This document shows positions 36,124 to 45,371 of a stretch of 64,000 nucleotides of DNA, one piece after another. Made by a program: the position numbers and the translations under genes. Numbering within the stretch: the first letter of the stretch is position 1; every line of letters begins with the position of its first letter. The notes under the pieces are model-generated. The model saw only the letters and a list, made by a program, of their open reading frames with translations. It was not told where the DNA came from and searched no databases. Source of the DNA: Blastocatellia bacterium AA13 (GTDB lineage Bacteria > Acidobacteriota > Blastocatellia > UBA7656); contig QHVH01000021.1 in assembly GCA_003222245.1 (NCBI GenBank), positions 8,262 to 72,261 on the forward strand. Direction: 5' to 3'.

Positions 36124-37174
36124 ACCATCCTCCTTTGGCGGCAACGTTGCCGCGTCTAACGAGTGCTTTTCCAGAAGCACCTACTACGAGCATCTTGTCT
36201 ATACGGCGTTCGCGCGTGGAGTCACAACCGACCGTCTCAATCTGTTGGGAAGTCAGCTCGCATCGCTTGCTCGCCTAGCGTCCTTAACGAGACGGCCTGA
36301 TGACGTAGAAAACATCAATCAGTTGATACGCGCCCTGCCGCTGCCGAAGTCAGTGCAAGCGCTCACCCATTATTACGAAGGTCTACGCTTAGGACGTGTT
36401 GGGGAGTTCGATGCCGCTGAGCGGATCCTGTATAAGGCCGCCGAGAATGTTGCGACGGAATACAGGCCTCGCGTTTTCCTGGCGCTCGCCAACAACCAGT
36501 ATGACAAAGGCGACGTAGACGCTGCGGTACCCTTCTTCCTCTTAGCCGGAAAACTAGGCCGAGCACACGATCCGATAGCGTTCCTAGAATCCGAGCAGGT
36601 TCTAGGCTATATTCAGGGCGCCAGCGGTGACTATTCCCGGGCCGTTAAGAGCTTGGAGTCCATCTTTCCCTCGGTGCTTGCCGCGGCACGGACGTGTCCC
36701 ATCATTTATTACGTGTCCTTGAATAACTATGCTGTACGCCTTGGCAAAGTAGGCCGCGTTGACGAAGCAGAGGGCGCATTGAACATTGCGCTCAACTCGC
36801 GACACGCAGCCGCTTTTCCAGAATGGGCGGAGACTCGCACCGAGCTTGAAACGAAGCGAAGGCATCCGAGGCCATCATTCGTCGCTCTAAGCAGCTTTCC
36901 AGAGACCGCCGAGCGAAAACCGCCAAAGAAAAAGCTGCAACGCCCAAAGCCGAAACGACGGCGAGTCGGCGTAGTCGTCCGCGCCCTTCATTGGCTGGCC
37001 GGACTTTCTATCTTTAGATCGTTTTCATTCGCACCGATTCTCACCAAACCAATCAGCGTCGCTCTTGAGGCGCTGCCACTCATAACCTCCGATTGGCCCA
37101 CGAGCGGCCCCGGCCCGCGCGCTCCTCCGTTCACACGTCCAACCGATGAGCATCTAGACCTAATCGAGGTCTAA
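36095..37174 (+). CDS. TPR-like repeat protein (start uncertain, because the annotated 5' end overlaps the previous gene)
   Basis: Repeated helical A/L/Y/G patterns such as 'YYEGLRLGRVGEFDAAERILYKAA' and 'NNYAVRLGKVGRVDEAEGALNIAL'. Confidence 0.45.
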   Translation: MINEATKIFIPSSFGGNVAASNECFSRSTYYEHLVYTAFARGVTTDRLNLLGSQLASLARLASLTRRPDDVENINQLIRALPLPKSVQALTHYYEGLRLGRVGEFDAAERILYKAAENVATEYRPRVFLALANNQYDKGDVDAAVPFFLLAGKLGRAHDPIAFLESEQVLGYIQGASGDYSRAVKSLESIFPSVLAAARTCPIIYYVSLNNYAVRLGKVGRVDEAEGALNIALNSRHAAAFPEWAETRTELETKRRHPRPSFVALSSFPETAERKPPKKKLQRPKPKRRRVGVVVRALHWLAGLSIFRSFSFAPILTKPISVALEALPLITSDWPTSGPGPRAPPFTRPTDEHLDLIEV

Positions 37175-37407
37175 GGACGAACACGGAGAGGGCTTTCTAG
37201 CGCACCAACAAACAAATAGTTAAATCTCAAAGAACAATGCTTGCTGAGCGGGTCTGCTCGGCGAGACATGCGGAGCTTACGGTTTCAGCAAGCTAATCGA
37301 TGAGCGGGTGGACGCCATTATCGGTGGCGGCCACCCTCTCACCAAATTAAGCGCATTGGCGTGCCAGGACTAGTTTATCTAGAACACGCCTCGGCGCTAA
37401 TGCGGAG

Positions 37408-38259
37408 GTGTGTATGATATTAAACGGCTATGCAGTATACAACCCGGAAAATGCATCTGGTGACGACTATTCCAAAGGTAAGTTCCCTGCCTACCCAGCG
37501 GTTGCGGAAGTAGCTGCGGATTCGGCCCAAGCCGCAGAACTCAAATCAACTCGACCCCATAGAAAGCCGTCTCGGACAGGCACTCCAGAGAAGCTTCGGG
37601 CCGCGAGGCTCGCTCAGACTGTGGGTTCAATTCAGATTGAGCCCTTCTCCCACCGTCCGACATTCGACCGATTCCCGAAGCAAGACTTTGCGCCGAATCA
37701 TGTCATACCTTGCGACGGCATCTTGTGTGCTATCGAGCGCGGTCGGGTGCAGATCAGGCACGCACGCGACAAATACATGGTCAAGACGCTCACGATCGGC
37801 GCGGTCTTCGGAGAGATGCCGGAGATGGGCCAGACCATGCTGCTCACTGAAGCGGTGGCGGGCTCGTCCGGCGTCACTGTCACGACCATGAATCCGATAC
37901 AGGCCTGGCAGTGGATCACCCGCAATCCGCACTGGCTGATAAAGACGATTGGCGTTCGCTTGTACGAGCTTGAGGCCGATCTCTATCGCGTTGAGTGGCA
38001 GCGCACTGAGTCCCGCGTTGCGGCTCTCCTGCTGAAGCTGGCCGGTGACGGTGGCGTGATCGAAGGACTGTCCCAGGACAAGCTCGGCGAGATGCTTGGA
38101 GTCCAACGCGAAATCGTCGCCTCTATCGTAACCAAATTGCGGAATTGTGGCGCGGTCAGCACGGGGCTCAGAAAGATCACAATTCTCGACAAAGCAGCAC
38201 TCAACGCAATGAGTGACCTCTGCCAGCGACCCAGGCGTTGTCGGCGAGGAAGGGGATAG
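37408..38259 (+). CDS. Crp/Fnr-family regulator (cNMP-binding-type domain plus HTH)
   Basis: 'GAVFGEMPEMGQ' beta-roll region. C-terminal HTH 'SQDKLGEMLGVQREIVASIVTKLRNCGAV'. Confidence 0.7.
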   Translation: MCMILNGYAVYNPENASGDDYSKGKFPAYPAVAEVAADSAQAAELKSTRPHRKPSRTGTPEKLRAARLAQTVGSIQIEPFSHRPTFDRFPKQDFAPNHVIPCDGILCAIERGRVQIRHARDKYMVKTLTIGAVFGEMPEMGQTMLLTEAVAGSSGVTVTTMNPIQAWQWITRNPHWLIKTIGVRLYELEADLYRVEWQRTESRVAALLLKLAGDGGVIEGLSQDKLGEMLGVQREIVASIVTKLRNCGAVSTGLRKITILDKAALNAMSDLCQRPRRCRRGRG

Positions 38260-38369
38260 AGGCAGGACGCTTTAGCGCAACCGCTGTCTCGATCAGGCGC
38301 GAGCTAATGCCGTTTCAAATGGCGATTGTAGCGGTCCTAACGCACCCAGTTGAAGCCGAGGTAGGTTCG

Positions 38370-38705
38370 ATGGATTACAGGATAAGACGCACGATCGAGT
38401 TTATTGAGATGAACTATCATCGTCCGATTTCTGTGGATGATCTCAGCCAGTGCGCAAGACTGTCTCGTTCGTGGCTGGACATCCTGTTCAAGAGCGAAAC
38501 CGGTATGTCACCGGTGAAGTACCTCAAGCAATTCAGAATCAGCAAAGCAAAGGACCTTCTGGCGAGCGATCCTGATCTGGGCATCAAGGAGGTCATCGCA
38601 CGGGTCGGCCTGACGGACCGAAGCCACTTCGCGCGAGACTTCAAGCAGACGTTTGGTGTGGCGCCGAGCGAGTGCCGAATGACGGGCTGCACGCATCTGG
38701 GGTAG
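38370..38705 (+). CDS. AraC-family HTH-only protein
   Basis: 'ISVDDLSQCARLSRSWLDILFKSETGMSPVKYLKQFRISKAKDLL..IKEVIARVGLTDRSHFARDFKQTFGVAPSECR'. ATG at 38370 follows 'gaggtagg'. Confidence 0.8.
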   Translation: MDYRIRRTIEFIEMNYHRPISVDDLSQCARLSRSWLDILFKSETGMSPVKYLKQFRISKAKDLLASDPDLGIKEVIARVGLTDRSHFARDFKQTFGVAPSECRMTGCTHLG

Positions 38706-38766
38706 CGTGTTGGTAGAGACCGGGTTCTCGCCGCTCCTGGAAACAGTCGGGCAGAAAGCAGGAAAT

Positions 38767-38796
38767 TGGCCACTACAATAGCAATGTGGCCACTAC
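38767..38796. promoter_or_regulatory. Two 10-bp direct repeats with 20-bp periodicity
   Basis: 'tggccactac' at 38767-38776 and again at 38787-38796, with the flanking inverted pair 'ctacaat'/'attgtag'. Confidence 0.3.
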
Positions 38797-38874
38797 TAGA
38801 TTGTAGACCTTGAGCAAGACCGACGTTACACTGTGTGGCGTTACATCCCCTGAGTAGCAGTTGGTTATTAAGAC

Positions 38875-39273
38875 TTGAGAGGGTCATACGATGAGCATCA
38901 CGTGCCCGGCATCGAGCCGATGTGTCTGACCGTGGGGAACGAAGCGATCAAGATCGGAGAAGAATTCGGTAGCCTCACGGTCGTAAGGCGGCTTGGCCGC
39001 AATAAGCAAGGCAAGGTCGAATACTTGACGCGCTGCGAGTGCGGTTCATTCTTGACCGTGCTTTGGGGCGACCTTAAGAGCGGCGATGTCTTTAGCTGCG
39101 GCTGCCCACCAAAAGCGGCCGAATCTCAGGAGCAACTCCCATCCTTTTTCTCCGACTACCCGGTAGTCGAGTTCTTCGAGCGGTTGGCCGGCGGGAAGGT
39201 ACAGGCGATTGCGCGGGACGGGCGCATACTCGATGAACGCCCAATGCCCAGGGGAGAAATGCGCGGCTGCTAA
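38875..39273 (+). CDS. Hypothetical protein
   Basis: 132-aa ORF with 'CECGSF..CGC' cysteines. No family recognised. Confidence 0.35.
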   Translation: MRGSYDEHHVPGIEPMCLTVGNEAIKIGEEFGSLTVVRRLGRNKQGKVEYLTRCECGSFLTVLWGDLKSGDVFSCGCPPKAAESQEQLPSFFSDYPVVEFFERLAGGKVQAIARDGRILDERPMPRGEMRGC

Positions 39274-39355
39274 GGGTAATAGGTACTGCTTCCACTCGGC
39301 ATGAGGCGACGAACAAATGAGCACTCTGCTTTCACTCAAAACAAGAGAAGGTAGG

Positions 39356-39595
39356 ATGACACCTATAATAAGAAAGTGCCTTGTTCTTGAGAGATGGGGA
39401 ACGATAGTGGCTGGGGCCAAGTCGCTTGAGGTCAGCCGCTCGCAACTCTCCTACTGCATTTCAGGAAGGCGAAGATCGCCCGAACTAAGAAAGAAACTCG
39501 CCCGCGCGCTCGGGATGACGGTCGAGGAGCTGTTCGGTGACTCTCCTACCGACAAGATGCCGAATACGGATTCCGCCGATGACGGCCGAAAGTGA
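39356..39595 (+). CDS. Small Ner/Cro-like HTH protein, paralog 1
   Basis: 79 aa from the ATG at 39356 (after 'aggtagg'). 'WGTIVAGAKSLEVSRSQLSYCISGRRRSPELRKKLARALGMTVEELFG' is more than 50 percent identical to the 42610..42849 product. Confidence 0.6.
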   Translation: MTPIIRKCLVLERWGTIVAGAKSLEVSRSQLSYCISGRRRSPELRKKLARALGMTVEELFGDSPTDKMPNTDSADDGRK

Positions 39596-39653
39596 TAATG
39601 CCTCGAACTTTCTAGCGGCCTCAGCCGACAGCGTTCGCGCAACCCATCGTGCC

Positions 39654-41120
39654 TCAATGCACACGTGTGCCGCCTTCGTCTTCGCCCTCTTCGAGCGTTG
39701 TTTCCTGATCCTTCGATCGGATTTCCTCGTACTTCTCGTCAAGTGCTTTGCGCTTAATTTTGGCAGCTTTCCACTCTTCGCGCGTGCGGTAACTCGAAAG
39801 GACAAACCCCTCTTCTTCGCTTTCAGGTATATCAAGATATTTGAATCGAGGGCCGAGGTCCTCTCCGTTCATCTTATCCATCCCTCGATACGACGCGAAC
39901 TCCTCCCTGATTTCCCTGGGAGCAATCTTGATCTTCGTGAGAATGCGCTCGACAAGATCCTCAGAAAGCTCCTCTTCGCGAAAAATCTCCTCTTCCGACA
40001 TGGGCAGCGGAATCCGCCGCCGTTCAATTTCTATGATCGCGCCAGGTATCCGTCCGTCGAATACTTCATTGGGTTCACTCAACCACGCTTCCTTCATTGA
40101 CTCTAGCCAATCCACCAGCGATTCGCCTCCCGAGCATTCATCCGTAGAATCTTCACGTCCTGAATACCGGCCGGTCGACAACGAATCCGCATCAAGGCCG
40201 CTGTCGCGCTTCAATAGCGTCAAACACTCGCGCACGAGATAACGACACAGGTGGTAATACACCGCAAACTCTTGACTGCCGAAGCCGGCGGATTTGTAAG
40301 CATTCGAGTCGCGGCCGAGCGGAGGCGGGGCTTCACCCAGCAACCCCCATTGAATCTCACGTGTGAGCATGTCGGAGTCGATGAAGTGCTGCTTTTCGAG
40401 TATAACCTCGCGCGGCGTCCGGCCGCGCAAATCGGCTCTGGGAGTCATCAGCCAGCGCCCGTGTATCAATCTCATGAGGCGAGTTGCCGAGGGTGAGAGA
40501 TTTCTATCCGGGCCGCGAGCTTCATCCGGATCGCCAGCTTCAGCGTCGTAATCGCGGAATCCTTCAGCCGCCCTCCGATCCTTCGATACCGCACACGCAT
40601 CGGCTATGAATCGGATCATCGCTCTCCCATAAAGAATCTCACGTACATCGATAGGCTGATTTGCCGCGCGCTCCGTCCGACGTTTCTCACGACCAGCAAG
40701 GTATTCAGCCAACGCGTCGCGGACTTCAACCCCATTTTCGGTGCTATGAAGGAGCAGCCAGTCCTCTGGAAGACAATACGCCACCCATACATCAGTCGCG
40801 CGGTCGCCCTCGTAGTACTCAACGTCGCCGCGGCCTTGCAGCGTACAATAGAGCGACCTGGTTGCAACAATGCGCGCCGCCAAATCGATGATCACCGTAC
40901 CCTGATCCCATTGCTCGAAGTCTTCTCCCGGTCTGAAGGACTGGAATCCTCCGCCCAGATTCTCGCCCCGTCTTATGAATCGCTCGATTGCACCTTCCAA
41001 TTCGGCTATAGTCTCAGGCCCGGCCGATAGCGCTGCTATTGCTCCTTCCGCTAAACCGCAATGCACGATTCCATTAACCGCGCCGCGTACATCAATGATG
41101 TTCAGCCTAACTTCATTCAC
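39654..41120 (-). CDS. Hypothetical 488-aa protein with an acidic C-terminal tail
   Basis: A long uninterrupted ORF with coding-like composition. No motif recognised. Confidence 0.55.
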   Translation of the reverse strand: MNEVRLNIIDVRGAVNGIVHCGLAEGAIAALSAGPETIAELEGAIERFIRRGENLGGGFQSFRPGEDFEQWDQGTVIIDLAARIVATRSLYCTLQGRGDVEYYEGDRATDVWVAYCLPEDWLLLHSTENGVEVRDALAEYLAGREKRRTERAANQPIDVREILYGRAMIRFIADACAVSKDRRAAEGFRDYDAEAGDPDEARGPDRNLSPSATRLMRLIHGRWLMTPRADLRGRTPREVILEKQHFIDSDMLTREIQWGLLGEAPPPLGRDSNAYKSAGFGSQEFAVYYHLCRYLVRECLTLLKRDSGLDADSLSTGRYSGREDSTDECSGGESLVDWLESMKEAWLSEPNEVFDGRIPGAIIEIERRRIPLPMSEEEIFREEELSEDLVERILTKIKIAPREIREEFASYRGMDKMNGEDLGPRFKYLDIPESEEEGFVLSSYRTREEWKAAKIKRKALDEKYEEIRSKDQETTLEEGEDEGGTRVH

Positions 41121-41711
41121 CGGTGTTGCTCTCAGGCGCTCGCGGCTGTCACGGATGTGCCGCCATCCTTCATTTATCGACAGCGCCGCCAGATGCGATC
41201 TGTTCCGATCCGCCCAGGAAGAACTAGGAGCGCGAGGTGTTACGAACGTGACAGACTAGCACCGATGCAGGAAGGCAACAATGACGTAGACGGACTGTAC
41301 GCACTGGACTGTCCCTAACGTCCCGCGCGTATAGTGGTTGTACCGGGGATGAAATGGATGGTGCGCTTTGTGATTTCTCGCAGAATGGGCAGGCCTCCGG
41401 TCACGCGACCGGTTACCCTGCAACCAATGGGTATCGCCCAGAATGATCGGGCCACTTGCCGGTGCATCGCAGCGAAATTCATCACTCGGCTGGGGATCTG
41501 TGGAGCAGCGGGATGTTCAGGCGTGGTTTGTCCAGTGAAGCATCCGAGCAGCGGAAGAAGCCAGATGACAGCGTAGCGGTCGTCGATTATTGAGGCGCAG
41601 TCGGCAACGCTGCGAATGACCGAGAAAAACAGGTATCTATAGGCTATGACTCGGCAGCAGAACCACTAGACACGTAATTCAAGCCATGGAGCGGTCTCAC
41701 ACCGGCGCTGC

Positions 41712-41942
41712 TTACCCGGCTTTCTTTCTGGTGCGGCGCCCTTTGCTTGTCTTTTTCTTCGGCCTGCCGCCGACGCTCGGCACGTAGCTCTCGACTTCTT
41801 TGCGTGACAGAAAACCCTTGTCGCCTACCATATAAGTCTTGAGCTTCCCGCGCTTCACGAGAGAGTGGATACCCTGCAACGTAACCCCCCGAATAGCGGC
41901 GGCCTGCTTTTGTGAGATCAGATCCTCAAGATCAACTTTCAT
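41712..41942 (-). CDS. Excisionase/MerR-type HTH protein with a basic tail
   Basis: 'ISQKQAAAIRGVTLQGIHSLVKRGKLKTYMVGDKGFLSRKEVESY'. Confidence 0.6.
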   Translation of the reverse strand: MKVDLEDLISQKQAAAIRGVTLQGIHSLVKRGKLKTYMVGDKGFLSRKEVESYVPSVGGRPKKKTSKGRRTRKKAG

Positions 41943-42132
41943 CAGCGTAAATAAACCTATTGATTTACTCCGCTAGTTTTCGTATTATCTCTCACGCAAA
42001 AAGGTGCGGAGCCGGTCAATAGGTTTTGGCCGTCACCTCTGCCTGAGCCGAGGGGCAGACCCTGATAACCTTTGGCGGGGTGTAGGGTTCGTCCCTCGCA
42101 AAACCAGCTTAGTCACTCAGGAGATTACAGCA

Positions 42133-42567
42133 ATGACCAAGGATACTCCAACCCCGCAGACGGAAAAGCCTCAAATCCGGAGACTCTCGATACACAGCAC
42201 TGAGTGGCCTCTCCTGGAGCCCTGGGCAAACTTGATTATCAAGGCGTTGCGCGACTATGCCGGCCTTGCCGACAAGACCTTTGCTACTTGGTGCCGCCTG
42301 ATGCGAGACCTGCAGAGCAAACACCCCGAGCGCATCAAGGCGGCGATCGCCGAATTGAACGTAGCGATGGAACTCACGTTCCCGCATACGACTACCTACC
42401 GCAAATTCTATGACGCTACTACCGGCATGATGACCGGCCGATGGAAACCAAGTAAGGAACTTCAAGTGTTGCTCAACCACGCTCACAAGAAACTCCAGTC
42501 CAAGAGCAACCCAAGAAAGACGGCTGCTAACCGAAAACAGAAGGCGGCGGCAAAACCCGTTAAGTAA
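42133..42567 (+). CDS. Hypothetical protein with a Lys-rich tail
   Basis: ATG at 42133 follows 'aggag'. 144 aa with no motif. Confidence 0.45.
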   Translation: MTKDTPTPQTEKPQIRRLSIHSTEWPLLEPWANLIIKALRDYAGLADKTFATWCRLMRDLQSKHPERIKAAIAELNVAMELTFPHTTTYRKFYDATTGMMTGRWKPSKELQVLLNHAHKKLQSKSNPRKTAANRKQKAAAKPVK

Positions 42568-42609
42568 CCGTCGCGGATTAGCTTCTCAACTGCACTGCAC
42601 GGAGGCAAA

Positions 42610-42849
42610 ATGACTTCGCTAGAAATCAAATTCCTGGTCTACAAGAAATGGGGTTCGATCACCGCGGCTGCCAGAGAACTTCATTGCAGCCGTTCGCAGC
42701 TTTCATACTGCATCTCGCGAAGGCGAATCTCACCCGAGGTCAGAGAGCGACTGGCGAGTGCGCTCGGTACGACCGTCGAGGAACTGTTCGGCGAACCTAA
42801 GTCCGACCCTGATACAGAGTCAGACAGCACCGATTACAAGCGCCACTGA
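42610..42849 (+). CDS. Small Ner/Cro-like HTH protein, paralog 2
   Basis: 'WGSITAAARELHCSRSQLSYCISRRRISPEVRERLASALGTTVEELFG'. Confidence 0.6.
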   Translation: MTSLEIKFLVYKKWGSITAAARELHCSRSQLSYCISRRRISPEVRERLASALGTTVEELFGEPKSDPDTESDSTDYKRH

Positions 42850-42919
42850 TGATAATAACGCGCTGTAGCACGAATCCATGACTTTCTTCCGTGACATGGG
42901 CAGGTTATAATTCGAATCC

Positions 42920-43258
42920 GTGAAGCAACTGACTCTCAGTCAAATAGTGCCATTGCACCAGGATGAGATGGGTAGCGTGCGAATAATGGGTTCTCGCGTC
43001 ACGCTCGACACTCTGGTGGCGGCGTTCAAAAAGGGCAACACAGCCGAACAAATCCAGGACAGCTTTCCTTCGTTGTCTTTGCGGCAAATTTACGGCGCGA
43101 TCGCTTACTACCTCGATCACCAGGAAGACGTTGAGGCGTATCTTGAGGAACGCCAGACTGAAGCCGACGCTATCCGCCGTGAGATCGAAAGTCAGCCGCA
43201 ATATAGCGAATTCCGAGAGAAGCTCCGCCGGCGCCGCGCCGAATTGATCGACGCCTGA
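42920..43258 (+). CDS. DUF433-type antitoxin-like protein
   Basis: 'GSRVTLDTLVAAFKKGNTAEQIQDSFPSLSLRQIYGAIAYYLDHQEDV'. Confidence 0.7.
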   Translation: MKQLTLSQIVPLHQDEMGSVRIMGSRVTLDTLVAAFKKGNTAEQIQDSFPSLSLRQIYGAIAYYLDHQEDVEAYLEERQTEADAIRREIESQPQYSEFREKLRRRRAELIDA

Positions 43259-43281
43259 CTCAACGATCCTCTTCCCCTACT

Positions 43282-43632
43282 ATGCTGCCACTGTTAATAG
43301 ACGAGAACTTCGACCAGCGAATTCTCCGCGGTCTACGATTACGTCTTCCGCAACTCGATTACCTGATCGTTCAGGACATCGGTCTCGGCGGGCTCGGTGA
43401 TCCGGCGCTCTTGGATTGGGGCGCCAGAGAAGGCCGAGTGATCTTGAGCCACGATGTCAACACTCTAACCAAATTCGGCGCCGACCGATTGAAGCAGTTC
43501 CTACCAATGCCGGGTGTCATCATTGTTCCGGAGCAACTCGAAATCGGTCGAGCTATCGACGATTTGGAAATAATTATCGAATGCAGCACAGCCGCCGATC
43601 TTGAGAGTCAGATTCAGTACTTCCCACTGTAA
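43282..43632 (+). CDS. DUF5615 (PIN-like/Mut7-C-like) toxin-like protein
   Basis: 'LLIDENFDQRILRGLR' N-terminus, 116 aa, 23 bp after the DUF433 gene. Confidence 0.65.
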   Translation: MLPLLIDENFDQRILRGLRLRLPQLDYLIVQDIGLGGLGDPALLDWGAREGRVILSHDVNTLTKFGADRLKQFLPMPGVIIVPEQLEIGRAIDDLEIIIECSTAADLESQIQYFPL

Positions 43633-44007
43633 ACCATCTCGGCAGCGCGAGGAGCATTGTGTCGAGCAAGCGCTTCTCTTCGTAAACAGCCGCTGGCGCA
43701 TTAACAAGGCGAACGAAGTCGGAACCGCATTCCTGCTCCGATTTCAACAAGGCTCGAAGCTCCTTTGCTCAGCCCGCGAGCGGGTGGGTGCGGGCATGGC
43801 TTTTCCACGAAGGACCCTCCGCTGACGCCTTTCCCGAGGCGTCGGCTCGCGGCCGTTTTCTGTCTTCTACTGGCAGCAACGCGCGGGTAGATCGGGCGTA
43901 GATAAGAAATCGTTGCACTCGCAACACGGAAGGTAGGGATGACTTCACTAGAGATCAGGTTCCCTGAGCCATTACATTCTAGAGCTTGGCGGTATGTCAT
44001 CCGCACC

Positions 44008-45183
44008 TCAATCGGGAAGTCTCCAACTTGGCTGAAACCCCTGGTTCATCGCTATTTGGGCCTGAGGCAAAATGACTTCCCGATACTTGGCAAGTAGACC
44101 TGATTCATCCAGAGTCAGCAACCCAGCAACATCCTCCTTGAAGCAGTCCGTATAGTCTTCGAGAAATGTGGGCTGCCTTTGCGCAACCTCGATCGCAGCA
44201 AAGTGAAGCTTGCCGAGTCTAGGAAGGTATAGATCAAGGTCGGGTAGGGAATCGGCCTTGCTGGAATTCGTTGCTGTTTCGACCGGCGTAAGATTCCACA
44301 GCAAATCGTGTACGACGAAACTCCACGGCAGAAAGTGATCGATTGAAAAACTCTCAGCCAGCAGCCGCCCTGAGTATATGTCCTTGAACTCCGCGCCCCG
44401 TCCTTTCTGCTCAAACTCATCGCGAACGATCCGCCAGAAGTTCCGTGCACCGGCGAGTTGTCGCACCTTTGGCGCTTCAAGCTTGTTCACTATGCCCGGC
44501 ACGTTCGGATTCCTCGCCTGCAAGTAGACTGACAGGTGATGTTCAGCGAATGCTTGTGCGATGCCAAGGTTTTCCACAAGGAATGCTCGCCAGGAGTCGT
44601 TAAGATGCAGCGAACCGCGTGCCCCCATACCTTCAAAGTAGTAGGGACAAGCAAACGGAGTCGTCTGGCTGTTCCTCGCCATCGTACGAATCGCGTGCGT
44701 CCGCTTTGTGTAGTCTCGCTCGCCGCTGAGCTGCTGGGCGAACCAGGGAGTAAGGAAGCGCGTGGGCACGTACCGATTGAAGAATTCCAGCATCTTCCGC
44801 GCATTCGGGGAACCCTCCACAAACTCGCGGACGGTCTCGGGAACGGCGTTCGGTAACAGACCAGACTCTTGCTTGATCTGCAGAACCACCTCTTGAAGCT
44901 TATCCTGTCGACCGAGCGAAAGGCGGTAGAGACAAACTGGGTGCCAAGCTATAACGGCCATTTCAGTAAAAATGCCTGGCAGACTAAGAGAACGCGTGGC
45001 CGTTCGCCTGATCAGTGAGAGGATGGCCAAAAACCAGAAGAGCTTGTAAGAGTTTGTGGTGTCGTTGAAGACTTGCGACAAGTAAAACGTCTTCTCCGGG
45101 TACCGCTGCACAACGCCGGTGAGAATTGAGTCTGATCCAGTTCGAGACATCATCCTCCAGTCTCCAGCCCCGGCGCACAACAC
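44008..45183 (-). CDS. HNH endonuclease-domain protein with an unknown N-terminal domain
   Basis: 'FSIDHFLPWSFVVHDLLWNLTPVETATNSSKAD' (H..N..N/H core). N-terminal 'TNSYKLFWFLAILSLI' region. Confidence 0.7.
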   Translation of the reverse strand: MLCAGAGDWRMMSRTGSDSILTGVVQRYPEKTFYLSQVFNDTTNSYKLFWFLAILSLIRRTATRSLSLPGIFTEMAVIAWHPVCLYRLSLGRQDKLQEVVLQIKQESGLLPNAVPETVREFVEGSPNARKMLEFFNRYVPTRFLTPWFAQQLSGERDYTKRTHAIRTMARNSQTTPFACPYYFEGMGARGSLHLNDSWRAFLVENLGIAQAFAEHHLSVYLQARNPNVPGIVNKLEAPKVRQLAGARNFWRIVRDEFEQKGRGAEFKDIYSGRLLAESFSIDHFLPWSFVVHDLLWNLTPVETATNSSKADSLPDLDLYLPRLGKLHFAAIEVAQRQPTFLEDYTDCFKEDVAGLLTLDESGLLAKYREVILPQAQIAMNQGFQPSWRLPD

Positions 45184-45371
45184 GGGAGCTGAACAGGTCG
45201 CGGTGCCGTCACGGTGCCAGTCTATTGCTGATCAAGAGGTTGGCACTTCCGACCCTATTAGAAAAGCTCGCAACGTCGCTGCGATTCCACGTTGCTTGCT
45301 CTCGTCGAACTGATGTAAGAAATCTAAACGAAACGACACTCGTTGACTAGAGTTCATCGGAATCGCTACGA

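Noticed and set aside
41121-41711. ORF 41334..41576 and an open antisense frame (including a 'GPIILGDTHW' stretch) as a gene or phosphoesterase remnant
   Set aside because: It has no start context, no complete motif set and composition-driven open frames. This is insufficient evidence.
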